In this document: one piece after another, positions 39,316 through 39,456 of the stretch
Layout of the letters: each line of letters begins with the position of its first letter
Position numbering within the stretch: the first letter of the stretch is position 1
NCBI RefSeq assembly: GCF_964204645.1
Contig: NW_027437487.1
Location: 1-39,456 of the forward strand
From: Tubulanus polymorphus
Taxonomy: Eukaryota; Animalia; Nemertea
Direction: 5' to 3'
DNA length: 39,456 bases
Made by a program: the position numbers and the translations under genes
Notes under the pieces: model-generated
Seen by the model: the letters and a program-made list of their open reading frames with translations, nothing else
The model's database searches: none
What the model was told of the DNA's origin: nothing

Positions 39316-39456
39316 CGATACGGCAGGACAATCCCCCCCCGGTATACATAGATGAGATTAATTCGGCATTCATCGCGACCTTTATTAAAACGGGCGATTT
39401 ACTAGTTTTCAGAGTTGCTTTATAATCCCACGTTAACAATAAGAACTATATTCATA

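Overview
AT-rich, CpG-undepleted, microsatellite-rich eukaryotic DNA. It looks like invertebrate animal intergenic or intronic sequence; the taxon is not determined. I cannot support any host protein-coding gene, rRNA, intact tRNA or CRISPR array, and the ORF track is mostly microsatellite and tandem-repeat read-through. The window is a patchwork of transposon debris: PIF/Harbinger-type MITEs with CTG TSDs, a CAGGGGCGGATCCAG-ended MITE, two tRNA-derived SINEs, three or four 5'-truncated non-LTR 3' ends, and several minisatellites. The most notable signal is a set of more than 10 short non-coding elements carrying minimal hammerhead-ribozyme-like cores (CUGANGA or UUGAAAA, stem II, GAAACGUY) of the type known from Penelope-like elements. 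Three insertions have 9-12 bp TSDs. One is a near-perfect 169-bp palindrome with a hammerhead motif on each strand, inserted into an RTE ORF end. One has amplified its hammerhead arm into a 12x49-bp array. All alignments and translations were done by eye; ribozyme activity is untested.
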